Below are positions 1 through 9,747 of a stretch of 64,000 nucleotides of DNA, piece after piece. Position numbers and translations under genes: made by a program. The notes under the pieces are model-generated. The model worked only from the letters and a program-made list of their open reading frames with translations. It had not been told where the DNA came from and ran no database searches. Source of the stretch: an uncultured Rikenellaceae bacterium (GTDB taxonomy: Bacteria; Bacteroidota; Bacteroidia; Bacteroidales; VadinHA17); NCBI GenBank assembly GCA_964633195.1, contig CAZWFL010000009.1, forward strand, positions 14,679 to 78,678. The letters are read 5' to 3'. Positions within the stretch are counted from its first letter, which is position 1. Each line of letters opens with the position of its first letter.

Positions 1-334
1 GGGGAGTGTATTTAATTGCATATCAGATATTTCCCCCTCTTTACGAAGTAGAGAGGGGGAAAGCCTGAACGAAGTGAAGGAAGGGGGTGAGTACATGAAT
101 TCATAGAGTTGAATTTTAAGCACTTAGTATGTTTTATTAATCTTAACCGATACTCATTTTTTATTTTTAATGGTCGTATAGCTTGTCCTGCAAAGCGGGA
201 GAACCACACTAAAAAAATAATCATTCTTGTTTGTTTAAAAATTATGATTTTTTTAATGCTTGTTTCATACGTTTATTTATTTGTTTTTAGTGTTCGCATA
301 GCTTGTTTCATTTTATTGTAATTTGTGACTGGTT

Positions 335-371
335 AGCTATCAGCTATCAGCTATCAGCTATCAGCTATCAG
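335..371. repeat. Heptamer microsatellite (AGCTATC) x5.3
   Basis: agctatc repeats head-to-tail over 335-369, followed by a partial unit. It lies 23 nt beyond the stop of the minus-strand gene ending at 394. Confidence 0.9.
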
Positions 372-393
372 TGTTTCGCGTAAGGGGGTCAGC

Positions 394-1386
394 CTACTTC
401 CACTGCTTCATATACTCCAGGAACTTTTTTGCCGCTTTATCGAGATTCTCAACCGAGCCACCTCCTTCAAGCACCTCACACATCTCGTATGCAATATACC
501 CCTGATAACCGATATCCCTCAGTGTATTGATGAAGCTCCTGTAATCGAGAAAACCCTCACCAATCGGCACAGCCCTCATTTGTGATTCCATCCTGATGTA
601 ATTGGTATGGTTCGGTTCATACCTGTAACGGGGCTGTTCTGTATAATCAGCCGTGGTGGTATGTACTATAAAAGGCTGCAGCTTTAAAATTGCCTGCCGT
701 ATCTCTTCAGGTGTCAGTCCTTCGAGAGTTGGCGACCAGCAGTCGAAAGCTGCCCTGACGTTGGGCAGGTTCACCTCATCCAGGATCCATTTCATTGCAT
801 CGTGGTGAATACCGATGTCGTGATGGTTCTGAACGGCAAGGGTCACCCCGTATCCGGCAGCTATTCTTCCGGCCATCTGAAGTCCTTCAACCACCATGGC
901 ATATTGCCTGTCGTAAGGTATGCCGGGACGCTCATAACCTGTGAAGACACGAACCATGTTTGTCCCGAGATCGCGGGCAAGTCTTGCAAGTTCGCCCACA
1001 TAAACAGCCTGTATTTCAACATTTGGTATGCCCGCCTTATCGACACCCGCTGTGAAATCTGTGTAGCCTGCCAGGCATACCAGCTCGAGCCCCAGCTCTT
1101 TAATTCTTGCCCTTAGCTTTTGACGTTCAGCATCATTGTAATCGATAAGAGAGACATGGGGCCGTTTTGCGGCCAGCATAATACCGTCAAATCCAAGCTC
1201 TTTTGCTTTAACAAGAAACTCGTCAACAGAAAGAACAGCCTGACCCCGCCATACTCCCATATAGCTGACGGAATGCAGGCAGGTCTTCACTTTAAAGTCT
1301 TTCGGATTACCCGTCGGTGTCTTCTGGCCGTAGATCCCGAAGGCCATAACGACGAATGCAAAAAGGGAAATGAGAATTTTCTTCAT
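394..1386 (-). CDS. Secreted sugar phosphate isomerase/epimerase (xylose isomerase-like TIM barrel)
   Basis: 330-aa ORF starting at an ATG (cat at 1384-1386). Signal peptide MKKILISLFAFVVMAFGIYGQ. Family-typical metal-site stretches VQNHHDIGIHHD and YIAYEMCE. Confidence 0.7.
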   Translation of the reverse strand: MKKILISLFAFVVMAFGIYGQKTPTGNPKDFKVKTCLHSVSYMGVWRGQAVLSVDEFLVKAKELGFDGIMLAAKRPHVSLIDYNDAERQKLRARIKELGLELVCLAGYTDFTAGVDKAGIPNVEIQAVYVGELARLARDLGTNMVRVFTGYERPGIPYDRQYAMVVEGLQMAGRIAAGYGVTLAVQNHHDIGIHHDAMKWILDEVNLPNVRAAFDCWSPTLEGLTPEEIRQAILKLQPFIVHTTTADYTEQPRYRYEPNHTNYIRMESQMRAVPIGEGFLDYRSFINTLRDIGYQGYIAYEMCEVLEGGGSVENLDKAAKKFLEYMKQWK

Positions 1387-1527
1387 AGCAATTTTTTTTA
1401 TAAGTGAATATATGAAAATTTTTTAAACCATGTTTCATTTTTTGATGTGGTACCATCAATTTGTTTATCTTAGCTTCATTGAGGCGGATGCAGGTAACTA
1501 TACACTTAATGATATATCTTTAATGAA

Positions 1528-2934
1528 ATGAGATCCAGATTATTAATTTTAATTATTCTTTCCGGTATCTCTGCCGGCACTTTTTCCCAGACACCGCAGG
1601 ATATATACCGGAAGCCTCTCAGGGAGGTGCTTGTTGATATCGGGAAGAGGTATGATATAAAGCTTGTTTACTCCGAATCGCTTGTGAAAGGTGTTAATGT
1701 CGAATATGCGGTCTGGCGCTATCGTGCTGAAATTGAACCCACTCTCAGTAATATCCTTCTTCCTCTTGGTCTTGTATTTGAAAAGAGTGGTGATAACACA
1801 TGGCAGATAAGCAGGTTCAGTTATCATCAGAGGCCCGTTGAAGAGGGGAGAAAGCATCTTGAGCGGCTTCTTTCACTTTACCCCGACCTGAGGTCATGGG
1901 AAGAAAGGAAGAGTGAGCTGAGGAAATGTATTTCCGAACAGGCCGGACTCCCGCCATTGCCTGTAAACAGCCCGCTTAATCCTGTTTATACACCCGTCAG
2001 GAAGTATGACGGATACACAGTTCAGAATGTCGGGATAGAGACATTACCGGGCGTTTACCTCTGCGGCTCACTCTACAGGCCGGCAAGAGGCAGAGGACCG
2101 TTCCCTGCGGTTCTTTCACCTCACGGGCATTTTACCAGCAGCGACCTTAACCAGGTTGGCCGTTACAGGCCCGATCAGCAATACAGGTGTGCCATGCTTG
2201 CAAAGATGGGGGCTGTAGTATTCAGTTATGAGATGTTCGCTTACGGAGAATCACTTCTCCAGGTTAATGCTGAGGATCACAGAACAGGGCTCTCTCTGAC
2301 GGTACAGACAATAAACTCGATAAGAGCGCTCGATTTCATCAGTTCACTGCCATTTGTTGATCCCGGCAGAATTGGTGTCACGGGCGAGTCGGGGGGAGGA
2401 ACCCAGGCATTTCTTCTAACTGCCCTTGATGACCGTATTACGGTAAGCGTTCCCGTAGTAATGGTTTCATCTTATTTCTTCGGAGGATGCCCGTGCGAAA
2501 GCGGATTGCCGATACATTCATGCAGCAGCCAGGGAACCAATAATGCTGAGATAGCAGCAATGGCATCTCCAAGACCAATGATGGTTATCTCCGACGGCAA
2601 CGACTGGACACGACATGTTCCCGAAATTGAATTTCCATATCTTAAAAAAGTATACACTCTCTATGGAGCGGCAGGCAATGTTGAAAACGTACATCTTGCC
2701 GACGAGGGACACGATTACGGATTCTCAAAAAGGATTGCTATGTATAAATTTATGGCTCGTCACCTGGGCTTGAATATCAACGCTATAAAAGATAAATCAG
2801 GCAACATAGATGAATCGGGAGTTAAAATTGAAGATTATGAAGCCCAGCTCGTATTCGGAAAAGAGGGAAAATTGCCGGATCACACAGTAAAGGGAGCGGA
2901 TGCAATCAAAAAGGCTATTGAATCGCTCAGATGA
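1528..2934 (+). CDS. Secreted alpha/beta hydrolase (acetyl-xylan-esterase / dienelactone-hydrolase-like) with N-terminal STN-like domain
   Basis: 468 aa with signal peptide MRSRLLILIILSGISAGTFSQ. Residues ~25-95 (PLREVLVDIGKRYDIKLVY...LGLVFEKSGDNTWQISR) follow the secretin/TonB N-terminal (STN) pattern. Nucleophile elbow GESGGGTQAF and a late EGHDY histidine. Paralogous to the catalytic half of 31048-33087. Confidence 0.65.
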   Translation: MRSRLLILIILSGISAGTFSQTPQDIYRKPLREVLVDIGKRYDIKLVYSESLVKGVNVEYAVWRYRAEIEPTLSNILLPLGLVFEKSGDNTWQISRFSYHQRPVEEGRKHLERLLSLYPDLRSWEERKSELRKCISEQAGLPPLPVNSPLNPVYTPVRKYDGYTVQNVGIETLPGVYLCGSLYRPARGRGPFPAVLSPHGHFTSSDLNQVGRYRPDQQYRCAMLAKMGAVVFSYEMFAYGESLLQVNAEDHRTGLSLTVQTINSIRALDFISSLPFVDPGRIGVTGESGGGTQAFLLTALDDRITVSVPVVMVSSYFFGGCPCESGLPIHSCSSQGTNNAEIAAMASPRPMMVISDGNDWTRHVPEIEFPYLKKVYTLYGAAGNVENVHLADEGHDYGFSKRIAMYKFMARHLGLNINAIKDKSGNIDESGVKIEDYEAQLVFGKEGKLPDHTVKGADAIKKAIESLR

Positions 2935-3086
2935 TGAAATGAGACTCTAAGACTGCTTACAAACGGATGAAAGAATTGCAGTTTTTTTAAAAATATGCAA
3001 AGAAACTATACCTTACATATGTATATATTTATTACTTTGTTCCGCAAAAGGTGGCTTTTAGTCATTTAATAACAGATAAAGAGGTA

Positions 3087-4457
3087 ATGTTCAGGAAAGC
3101 ATTGTTAACTCTTGTTCTGGTGTCGGTTACGGCATTCACCTGCGATACCTTTCCGCAAAATCTTAAGGCTGACGGTTATAAAGGGATCTGGTTCAGTTTC
3201 GATGAGAAATTTGAATACGGTTACAAATTCTCGGGAGGACTGGGTACCTACTCACCACAGCACAGACCCCTGGCAATATACAGCCCGGAAGCCGGAAAAA
3301 CATTCTTTGTATACGGAGGCACTACATCAGATAAGGAGAGACATCTTCAGATAATGGTTTCCTATTTTGACCACAGGACCCGCACCGTTCCAAAACCGGT
3401 AATTGTTTATGACAAGCAGGGGGTCAGTGAACCTCATGATAATGCTTCAATGGCGATTGATGAGGATGGATATATCTGGATCTTTGTAAGTGGCAGACTG
3501 AGAACAAGGCCCGGATTAATATTCAGAAGCCATCGTCCTTACTCGATAGAGAGTTTTGAGCAGGTTACAACCATGGAAATGACTTTCCCCCAGTCATGGT
3601 GCCTGAATAGCAACCTTATGATGGTTTTTATCCGGGTGAGGTTGGCGCCTGAGCTTTATCTGGCTATTAGCCCTGATGGAAGAGAATGGGGAAATGTCAA
3701 GAGGCTGGCAAGTATGGGAGGCAATTTTCATGCCACGGGGATACACGGCAACAGGCTTTTCGTGGTATTCAATTTCCATCCGGAAGGTAACCTTGACGGC
3801 CGGACAAACCTTTATCTGATACAAACCGACGATATGGGTGAAACTTGGAAAACAGTTGACGACAAAGTAATAAAGACACCACTCACTGATGTTCAGAATG
3901 AAGCGCTTATACGGGATTTTCGGAAAGAGAACAAGAGGGTCTATTTGATCGATCTCTCTTTCGACAGGGAAGGAAATCCTGTAATTCTGGCAATTATCAG
4001 TAACAGCTTCAGGCCGGGTCCTGAAGGAGATCCCAGGGAATGGATGGTGATTAACTGGAAGAATAACAGGTGGAATTTCAATAAAGTGTGTGAGTCAACA
4101 CATAATTATGACGGCGGCGTATTTTATTTAAGGGATGACGGGTGGTGTGTTATCGGGCCCACTGAACCGGGTCCCTCAAAATACGGGACCGGAGGTGAAA
4201 TAGGCCTCTGGGTGAGCATGGATGAGGGTCTGACATGGACAAAGGAACGTGATGTGACAAGAAACAGCCCCGTTAACAATTCTTACGTCAGGCGCCCGGT
4301 AGCTGCACACAGGGACTTCTATGCCTTCTGGGCCGACGGTGATGCTGATAAGATGTCCCGCTCACGACTCTATTTCACCAATGAGAAGTGCTCCAAAGTA
4401 TGGGTTTTACCCTATGATATGAAGAGGGAGAATCAGCGACCGGTGAGGGTGAGATAA
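3087..4457 (+). CDS. BNR/Asp-box repeat beta-propeller protein (sialidase-like fold), secreted
   Basis: The tracked ORF opens at GTG 3051. ATG 3087 gives a clean signal peptide MFRKALLTLVLVSVTAF. Two Asp-box motifs (SxDxGxTW): TDDMGETW and SMDEGLTW. Confidence 0.6.
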   Translation: MFRKALLTLVLVSVTAFTCDTFPQNLKADGYKGIWFSFDEKFEYGYKFSGGLGTYSPQHRPLAIYSPEAGKTFFVYGGTTSDKERHLQIMVSYFDHRTRTVPKPVIVYDKQGVSEPHDNASMAIDEDGYIWIFVSGRLRTRPGLIFRSHRPYSIESFEQVTTMEMTFPQSWCLNSNLMMVFIRVRLAPELYLAISPDGREWGNVKRLASMGGNFHATGIHGNRLFVVFNFHPEGNLDGRTNLYLIQTDDMGETWKTVDDKVIKTPLTDVQNEALIRDFRKENKRVYLIDLSFDREGNPVILAIISNSFRPGPEGDPREWMVINWKNNRWNFNKVCESTHNYDGGVFYLRDDGWCVIGPTEPGPSKYGTGGEIGLWVSMDEGLTWTKERDVTRNSPVNNSYVRRPVAAHRDFYAFWADGDADKMSRSRLYFTNEKCSKVWVLPYDMKRENQRPVRVR

Positions 4458-4495
4458 AAAGTTTGGAGTGCCTAAAGTTTGGAGTGCCTAAAGTT
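4458..4495. repeat. 16-bp unit AAAGTTTGGAGTGCCT x2.4 (member of a dispersed family)
   Basis: Units at 4458-4473 and 4474-4489, with a partial unit to 4495. It sits between convergent stops at 4457 and 4508. Related copies lie at 38841, 48430 (reverse complement) and 51993. Confidence 0.9.
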
Positions 4496-4507
4496 ATGAG
4501 GTGTTAA

Positions 4508-5851
4508 TTATTCAAGATTATAGAAGCGGATTGCGTTGTCACGGAGAATAAGCCTTGCGACGTTTTTTGCCTCGGGCTCGGTGAGATATCCATCTTTGAC
4601 TTTATTAACAAGAACATTGGAGATTACTTTCCTGGCAATCACGAGTTCTCCGTAAACATTTTCAACACATGTATAGTCTCCGCCGAACGCCATGATTTTC
4701 CCTGCAGGCACAGCCTCCAGCCATTCATAAAGGTATCTTTCTGCGTAGGATGGCGATATGGCATATGTCCAGTTCATATCGATATAAACGTTTCTGAAGT
4801 TCTTGGCCAGCGTTGAAAGTTCACCTCCGTACGGATAACTACCATGGAAGAGTGCAAACTTCACATCGGGGTATGCGAGAAAAACATTTGAAAGAAGTAC
4901 GGGGTTGGAATTTGTTATATAGTTTCCTTTTCCGGCCTGAAGGCCTGTGTGGAATACTACAGGAATTTTATGCAACCTTGCCAGATCCATAAGAGCAAAA
5001 AACATATAATCCTGAAGAGGCCTGGCAGCCTGATATGTCATTGAGAATTTCTCATTTCCGTTTACGAGCGTCCTGAAGATCTTTCTGGCGGTTTCTGTCT
5101 GGACTCTTTCAAAACTTAGCGACCTGTTGTATGCTGTATTTATCTTAACGGCAACCATACCATCTTTTAATGCATTAACGAATTCATTTCTCATAGATCT
5201 TACAAAATCATCCAGGGTATAAATGGGATCAGTTTGTTTAATTGCAAGAGAGTCAATTGAAAATTTGGTTCTTACCGTCAGCCAGCTTGAGAACCTTTTA
5301 ACATGTTTTATATAATCTTCATTTATATCGGGGTCGTTGCCGTCCTGAATCACATAATCTATTCTGCAGTACTCCCTTAGTACTTTATTGAACCAGTCGT
5401 TACTGTAATTCTTCTTTATCTTTGCTGAGAGTTCATCAACAGTCATTTCATTAATATCATATATCCCATAAAGCTCACGTGCAGCAATAAGAGAAACCCT
5501 GTTTGCCGCGGTGTTAAATGACAGTTTCCAGTAAGGCTCTATCAGTCTCCATTTCTGACGGGGAGAAAGCGGTTGATTGAAAAGCGGACTGAAAAGCGAA
5601 TCAGGAAGGCCGGCTGAAAGAAGATCATTGTAATTGTAATTGTAAAGCAGCAGCATAAAGTCCAGGAAATAACTCTTTTTCAACAGGCCTGGACTGGTGA
5701 AATGTTCATGAGTGTCTACAATTCTCAGAGTGTCAATATATTCAGTTATCCTCTGCTCATATCCCCCCATTGGCGATGGCTTCAAATACGCCTGCGGTCT
5801 GACCAAAATGCTGATAGTCAGAAAAGCAAAGAAGAAACCGCAGAATCTCAT
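4508..5851 (-). CDS. Secreted amidohydrolase-family (amidohydrolase_2 TIM barrel) metal-dependent hydrolase
   Basis: 447 aa. N-terminal hydrophobic signal MRFCGFFFAFLTISILVRPQA. VDTHEHF metal-binding motif near the N-terminus. C-terminal LRDNAIRFYNL is typical of the family. Confidence 0.55.
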   Translation of the reverse strand: MRFCGFFFAFLTISILVRPQAYLKPSPMGGYEQRITEYIDTLRIVDTHEHFTSPGLLKKSYFLDFMLLLYNYNYNDLLSAGLPDSLFSPLFNQPLSPRQKWRLIEPYWKLSFNTAANRVSLIAARELYGIYDINEMTVDELSAKIKKNYSNDWFNKVLREYCRIDYVIQDGNDPDINEDYIKHVKRFSSWLTVRTKFSIDSLAIKQTDPIYTLDDFVRSMRNEFVNALKDGMVAVKINTAYNRSLSFERVQTETARKIFRTLVNGNEKFSMTYQAARPLQDYMFFALMDLARLHKIPVVFHTGLQAGKGNYITNSNPVLLSNVFLAYPDVKFALFHGSYPYGGELSTLAKNFRNVYIDMNWTYAISPSYAERYLYEWLEAVPAGKIMAFGGDYTCVENVYGELVIARKVISNVLVNKVKDGYLTEPEAKNVARLILRDNAIRFYNLE

Positions 5852-6069
5852 TAAAGCCTGTTTTGATAATTATTACTCAATAGACTGTTCATGATATCAA
5901 TTTATTTCACGGTTAAGTTTTTTTAACTATTGCAAGGGTTTCACCCTGGTTTTAAGGCAGAAAATTTTGGTAAATGTATATTCCAGGAGCCATCACTTTA
6001 ACTTTTCAGGCTAACGCGGAACTGCGTCGTTTTTCTCCTTGTTTCCTTTTTTCTTGTCTCTTTTTCTTT

Positions 6070-6077
6070 TACCTTTG
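6070..6077 (+). promoter_or_regulatory. Candidate Bacteroidota -7 promoter box (TAnnTTTG)
   Basis: tacctttg matches the TAnnTTTG consensus. It lies 26 nt upstream of ATG 6104, in a divergent spacer. Confidence 0.35.
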
Positions 6078-6103
6078 TCCCGAATCTTAAAATCCTGAAA
6101 GTT

Positions 6104-6976
6104 ATGAAAAAAACAAAACTCCTTTCACTTATTCTGATCATTGCCATCTCGGGTATGGCTATTACACTTTTTGACTCATGCAAGCCGAAGCAGAAATACA
6201 TAGGATTGCAGCTCTATTCGGTACGTGATTCTATAAGAAACGATGTTCCGGGAGCCATTGAGAAAGTTGCTGCAATGGGCTATAAATTTGTCGAGCCGGC
6301 AGGTTACCGCGACGGCAAATTCTATAATATGGAACCTGCTGATTTTAAGTCTCTTTGTGATGCCAGTAATCTTCCGATCCTCAGCTCGCACACCGGACGG
6401 AACGTTTATGACTCAACCAATTATGAAGAGACTATGGCATGGTGGGATCAGTGTATTGATGCTCATGTTGCCGCCGGAGCAAAATACATAGTACAGCCAT
6501 CGATGGGGCGTTCAGCGTATGATAGTCTTGAGAGCCTTAAACAATGGTGTGATTATTTCAACGAGGTAGGTGAGAAGTGCAACGCCAAAGGGATAAGATT
6601 TGGATATCACAACCACGACAGAGAATTTACCACCGTACACGATGGTGTTATAATGTACGATTTTATGCTCGAGAATACCGATCCGGCCAAAGTGATGTTC
6701 CAGCTCGATCTTTACTGGTGTGTTGTAGGTGGTAAGGATCCGGTTGATTATTTCAACAAATATCCTGGCCGTTTTGAGTTATGGCACATAAAGGATAAGG
6801 AAGAAATAGGTGCAAGCGGCATGATGGATTTTGAATCGATATGGGCTGCCAGGGATATTTCAGGGATGAAATATGGAATTGTGGAAGTTGAAAAATATAA
6901 TTTCGACGTGTTTACCAGCTGCCAGAAGAGCCTTGAATGGCTTAATGCTGCAGAATTTGTTGTAATGCCGGAATAA
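6104..6976 (+). CDS. Lipoprotein sugar phosphate isomerase/epimerase (xylose isomerase-like TIM barrel)
   Basis: 290 aa. Signal plus lipobox-like LFDSC. FGYHNHDREF and WHIKD motifs are typical of the AP_endonuc_2 family. Confidence 0.7.
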   Translation: MKKTKLLSLILIIAISGMAITLFDSCKPKQKYIGLQLYSVRDSIRNDVPGAIEKVAAMGYKFVEPAGYRDGKFYNMEPADFKSLCDASNLPILSSHTGRNVYDSTNYEETMAWWDQCIDAHVAAGAKYIVQPSMGRSAYDSLESLKQWCDYFNEVGEKCNAKGIRFGYHNHDREFTTVHDGVIMYDFMLENTDPAKVMFQLDLYWCVVGGKDPVDYFNKYPGRFELWHIKDKEEIGASGMMDFESIWAARDISGMKYGIVEVEKYNFDVFTSCQKSLEWLNAAEFVVMPE

Positions 6977-7010
6977 CTTCTCTTAAGGGAAGGTACTGAT
7001 AGATTGCTTA

Positions 7011-7050
7011 AAAAGTGGTCTGGTGTTTGAAGCCGGACCACTTTTATTTT
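7011..7050 (+). terminator. Rho-independent terminator-like hairpin
   Basis: aaaagtggtc (7011-7020) pairs perfectly with gaccactttt (7036-7045), and the stem extends by tgg/ccg. The loop is 9 nt and a T-rich tail follows. It lies 35 nt after stop 6976. The A-run/T-run symmetry could allow bidirectional action. Confidence 0.65.
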
Positions 7051-7156
7051 ATCTGACTGATGATTTATTACCGTAATTCAATCTGGCTCATTTCATTATC
7101 TGAAGGTTTCTCCAGTAAGCATTACCGGGAAATCCCCTGAAACTTTCAAATAGAAG

Positions 7157-7196
7157 ACCGGTTACTGCACATAAAGGCGGTAACCGGTTTTTTATT
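7157..7196. terminator. Second hairpin in the convergent spacer
   Basis: accggttac (7157-7165) pairs with gtaaccggt (7180-7188), followed by tttttatt. It abuts the stop of the minus-strand gene at 7192. Confidence 0.4.
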
Positions 7197-8673
7197 CGGT
7201 ACCGAAAAATGTCGTTACTGAATTGGGCGGAGCAACAAATAACAGCTTTCCGTCATTTATTCTGAACTCCCCTACATCTTTGTACATTTCATCCTTCCCG
7301 CTTGTCCGGAAGGCTTTCAGCCTGTTTGTTTTAATACCTTTTAAAGTTATTTCAATCGGTTTTTCCCGTGTCAGGTTCGTATTTGTTACAACAAATGCGT
7401 CAGGATTTTTTGTTCCGTCCGAAGAAAAAGCTATGACCGGCAGCTCACTGTCCATCGACATTGTCCATGCGACCTTCATGCCCGGTTGTCCGGCACGGGA
7501 CACCTGCTTGTAGAAATAATAACCTGGCTGTATCTCGTATGAACCATCTTCGCTTACCCTGATCGCACACCCCGGATTGGGATCGCCTCCCACCCAGAGA
7601 GGGGGTCGCTGCATGCCCGCCCAGGGGATCAGGCCGTTAATACCGGCTTCGTAGATATTACCCCATATCTCCTTGATGAACCTTGAATCCATCCTGCTCC
7701 ACGATGTTGATGTTACCCATGCATGAAGCCCGGGACGAACAGACTGCAGGTATTTTATTCCATGTCCGGTATGACTACCGTACCATCTGTTATCATACCC
7801 TCCGACATAAAAACCATGCGAGGTAATCAGACCAATGTTACGCATGGCCTGATCATCGGCAGCTATTGCCTCGGGTAATCCCCAGAAGCTGAAACGGTAC
7901 CAGTTGGTTGGTTCACCGTTGGTTACTGACACATCCCTGAGACCTGCCTTGTCAAGCATGGGTTGCATAAATGAAAGAAAATCAGTTACCTGTGAAGGAG
8001 GCCAGAACATATTATAATCGTGACCTTTACCTATATTGCCTTCTTTACCGTCCCATGGCCATCGTTCCCAGTCCTCGCCCTCATTATGAAGCGAGATATA
8101 TTTTACCGGCAATTTTTCTTTCTCTTTCAGGAACTTTGCCCAGTCTATCAGGTAGTTGGCGAGATCTGATTTATGTGCCGGGTCGAGATCCCTCCCGCGC
8201 ATGACCTTTTGAAGGGTCATGTATGCAGGCGGGCCATACAAAGTAGTAATGATCTGCAGATCACCGCCACGCGAACGGGTCTTCCCGAGCCCCATCCTTA
8301 CAAACATCCGCATATTGGCCGTGGAGGTTTCATGATTATATTTCCCTCCCGGTTCACTCTGGTGAAAAGGATCGAGGAACATCTTTACCAGCCCAACTTT
8401 CAGTCCGTTTTCCCCGAACACCAAATCGATGATCTCTTCGCGGCTCTTTCCGGTCATGATGCTGAATCCGCCGTAATCCTTCGCATCGATGTTGTAATCA
8501 ATGGTCTGTGCAGTCTCAACATAATTGAAACCGAAGCCGTCCCACTCCCTCAGGGTTTTTGAGAAATCAACTGTTGCAGGGCACCCTTTGAATACAGGGT
8601 ATTGTGCCGGCAGTGACGGACATTTTAGTATAACAAGACAAACAAATGCAATTATCGTTGCTGCTTTTTTCAT
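7192..8673 (-). CDS. Secreted putative glycoside hydrolase (clan GH-A, GH30-like)
   Basis: 493 aa with signal peptide MKKAATIIAFVCLVILKCPSLPAQ. ISLHNEGEDW resembles the NE(P) acid/base strand of GH-A enzymes. The C-terminal part looks like a beta-sandwich. The family assignment is tentative. Confidence 0.4.
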   Translation of the reverse strand: MKKAATIIAFVCLVILKCPSLPAQYPVFKGCPATVDFSKTLREWDGFGFNYVETAQTIDYNIDAKDYGGFSIMTGKSREEIIDLVFGENGLKVGLVKMFLDPFHQSEPGGKYNHETSTANMRMFVRMGLGKTRSRGGDLQIITTLYGPPAYMTLQKVMRGRDLDPAHKSDLANYLIDWAKFLKEKEKLPVKYISLHNEGEDWERWPWDGKEGNIGKGHDYNMFWPPSQVTDFLSFMQPMLDKAGLRDVSVTNGEPTNWYRFSFWGLPEAIAADDQAMRNIGLITSHGFYVGGYDNRWYGSHTGHGIKYLQSVRPGLHAWVTSTSWSRMDSRFIKEIWGNIYEAGINGLIPWAGMQRPPLWVGGDPNPGCAIRVSEDGSYEIQPGYYFYKQVSRAGQPGMKVAWTMSMDSELPVIAFSSDGTKNPDAFVVTNTNLTREKPIEITLKGIKTNRLKAFRTSGKDEMYKDVGEFRINDGKLLFVAPPNSVTTFFGTE

Positions 8674-8715
8674 AGAAATGATTTTTTAATGGACTTGAAC
8701 TGGATTAGTGAATTC

Positions 8716-9747
8716 TCAGGGTAACAATACAACCTTTACAAGCCCTGGTTCCTTTCTGTATAATCTGCTGAACCAGTGTGCTCCTTCGGACAACGGAGCC
8801 TCGGCAGAAAGCAGTATGTCCGTATTGATCTCCTTTCGGCCAATCATATCAAGTACTGCAGGGTATTCACCGCAGATTGCACAGCTTCCCTGCAGCCTGA
8901 TCTGGCGGGTTACCACACTCTGTAATGGCAGGTCAACACTTGGGGATAAATTACCTATAAGTGTTACTGTACCGCCTTTCCTGACTGATTCAATGGCTGT
9001 TAATACTGATTCTCTTACACCTGCGGCCTCAAAGGAGAGATCAGCACCCCGTCCGGATGTGAGGTGAAAAACTCTCTCAATCACATTATCCGTGACGGGA
9101 TTAAAGGCATGGTCGGCTCCCAGATTTTCCGCTATCTCCAGTTTAGACTGGTCGGTGTCAATCGCAATAATATTACCGCAGCCTGCTGAACGAAGGATCT
9201 GAATAACAAAAAGGCCTATCATCCCGGTCCCGACAACCACCGCACTATCGTTCCACGACGGGGAAACCAGTCTCACGGCATGAGCGGCAACAGCCACAGG
9301 TTCAACCATGGCAGCCTGAGTGAAGGTTACCTGGTCCGGGATTCTGTAAAGGATGTGCTGCGGGATATTAACAAATTCTGCAAATGCCCCGTGACGGCGA
9401 TACTCACCGGGAGAGACTCCCAGCACCATACGGTTATCACTGAGGTTGTACATCCCTTTTAATGTAAACCAGTCGTTCAAAGGATATATGGTCGAGTCAA
9501 AAGTGACCCTGTCGCCTGTTTTCCAGTCTTTTACATCCGATCCTGTTTCAATTATCACTCCCGCGGCCTCATGTCCCATAATAATGGGAGGGATACGCCT
9601 TCCGGTACTTCCATCCATACCGTGTACATCACTTCCGCATATGCCGGCTGCCTTTATCTGAACAAGAACTTCGCCGGGAGCAACAACAGGATCGGGCCAG
9701 TCGCGGTAAACAAGCCTGTTGTATTCTTCAAGGACCAGTGCTTTCAT
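8716..9747 (-). CDS. Zinc-dependent alcohol/polyol dehydrogenase (MDR family, sorbitol/threonine dehydrogenase-like)
   Basis: True start taken as MKALVLEE (cat at 9745-9747). Motifs GICGSDVH, GHEAAGVI and Rossmann VVVGTGMIGL. The upstream 106 codons of the tracked ORF are low-complexity and run into the divergent gene. Confidence 0.8.
   Translation of the reverse strand: MKALVLEEYNRLVYRDWPDPVVAPGEVLVQIKAAGICGSDVHGMDGSTGRRIPPIIMGHEAAGVIIETGSDVKDWKTGDRVTFDSTIYPLNDWFTLKGMYNLSDNRMVLGVSPGEYRRHGAFAEFVNIPQHILYRIPDQVTFTQAAMVEPVAVAAHAVRLVSPSWNDSAVVVGTGMIGLFVIQILRSAGCGNIIAIDTDQSKLEIAENLGADHAFNPVTDNVIERVFHLTSGRGADLSFEAAGVRESVLTAIESVRKGGTVTLIGNLSPSVDLPLQSVVTRQIRLQGSCAICGEYPAVLDMIGRKEINTDILLSAEAPLSEGAHWFSRLYRKEPGLVKVVLLP

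Noticed and set aside
12-321. Two overlapping 70-aa ORFs at the window start (12-224 minus, 109-321 plus), plus a 22-nt imperfect direct repeat (163-186 vs 282-306).
   Set aside because: The ORFs are hydrophobic low-complexity translations of AT-rich spacer and mutually overlapping. The direct repeat has 3-4 mismatches in AT-rich DNA and could be chance. No tRNA-like cloverleaf could be drawn.
2952-2988. A possible terminator after the first esterase gene (actgc ... gcagt followed by T7).
   Set aside because: The stem is only 5 bp and the loop ~21 nt, which is too weak to list as a feature, although the T-run is suggestive.
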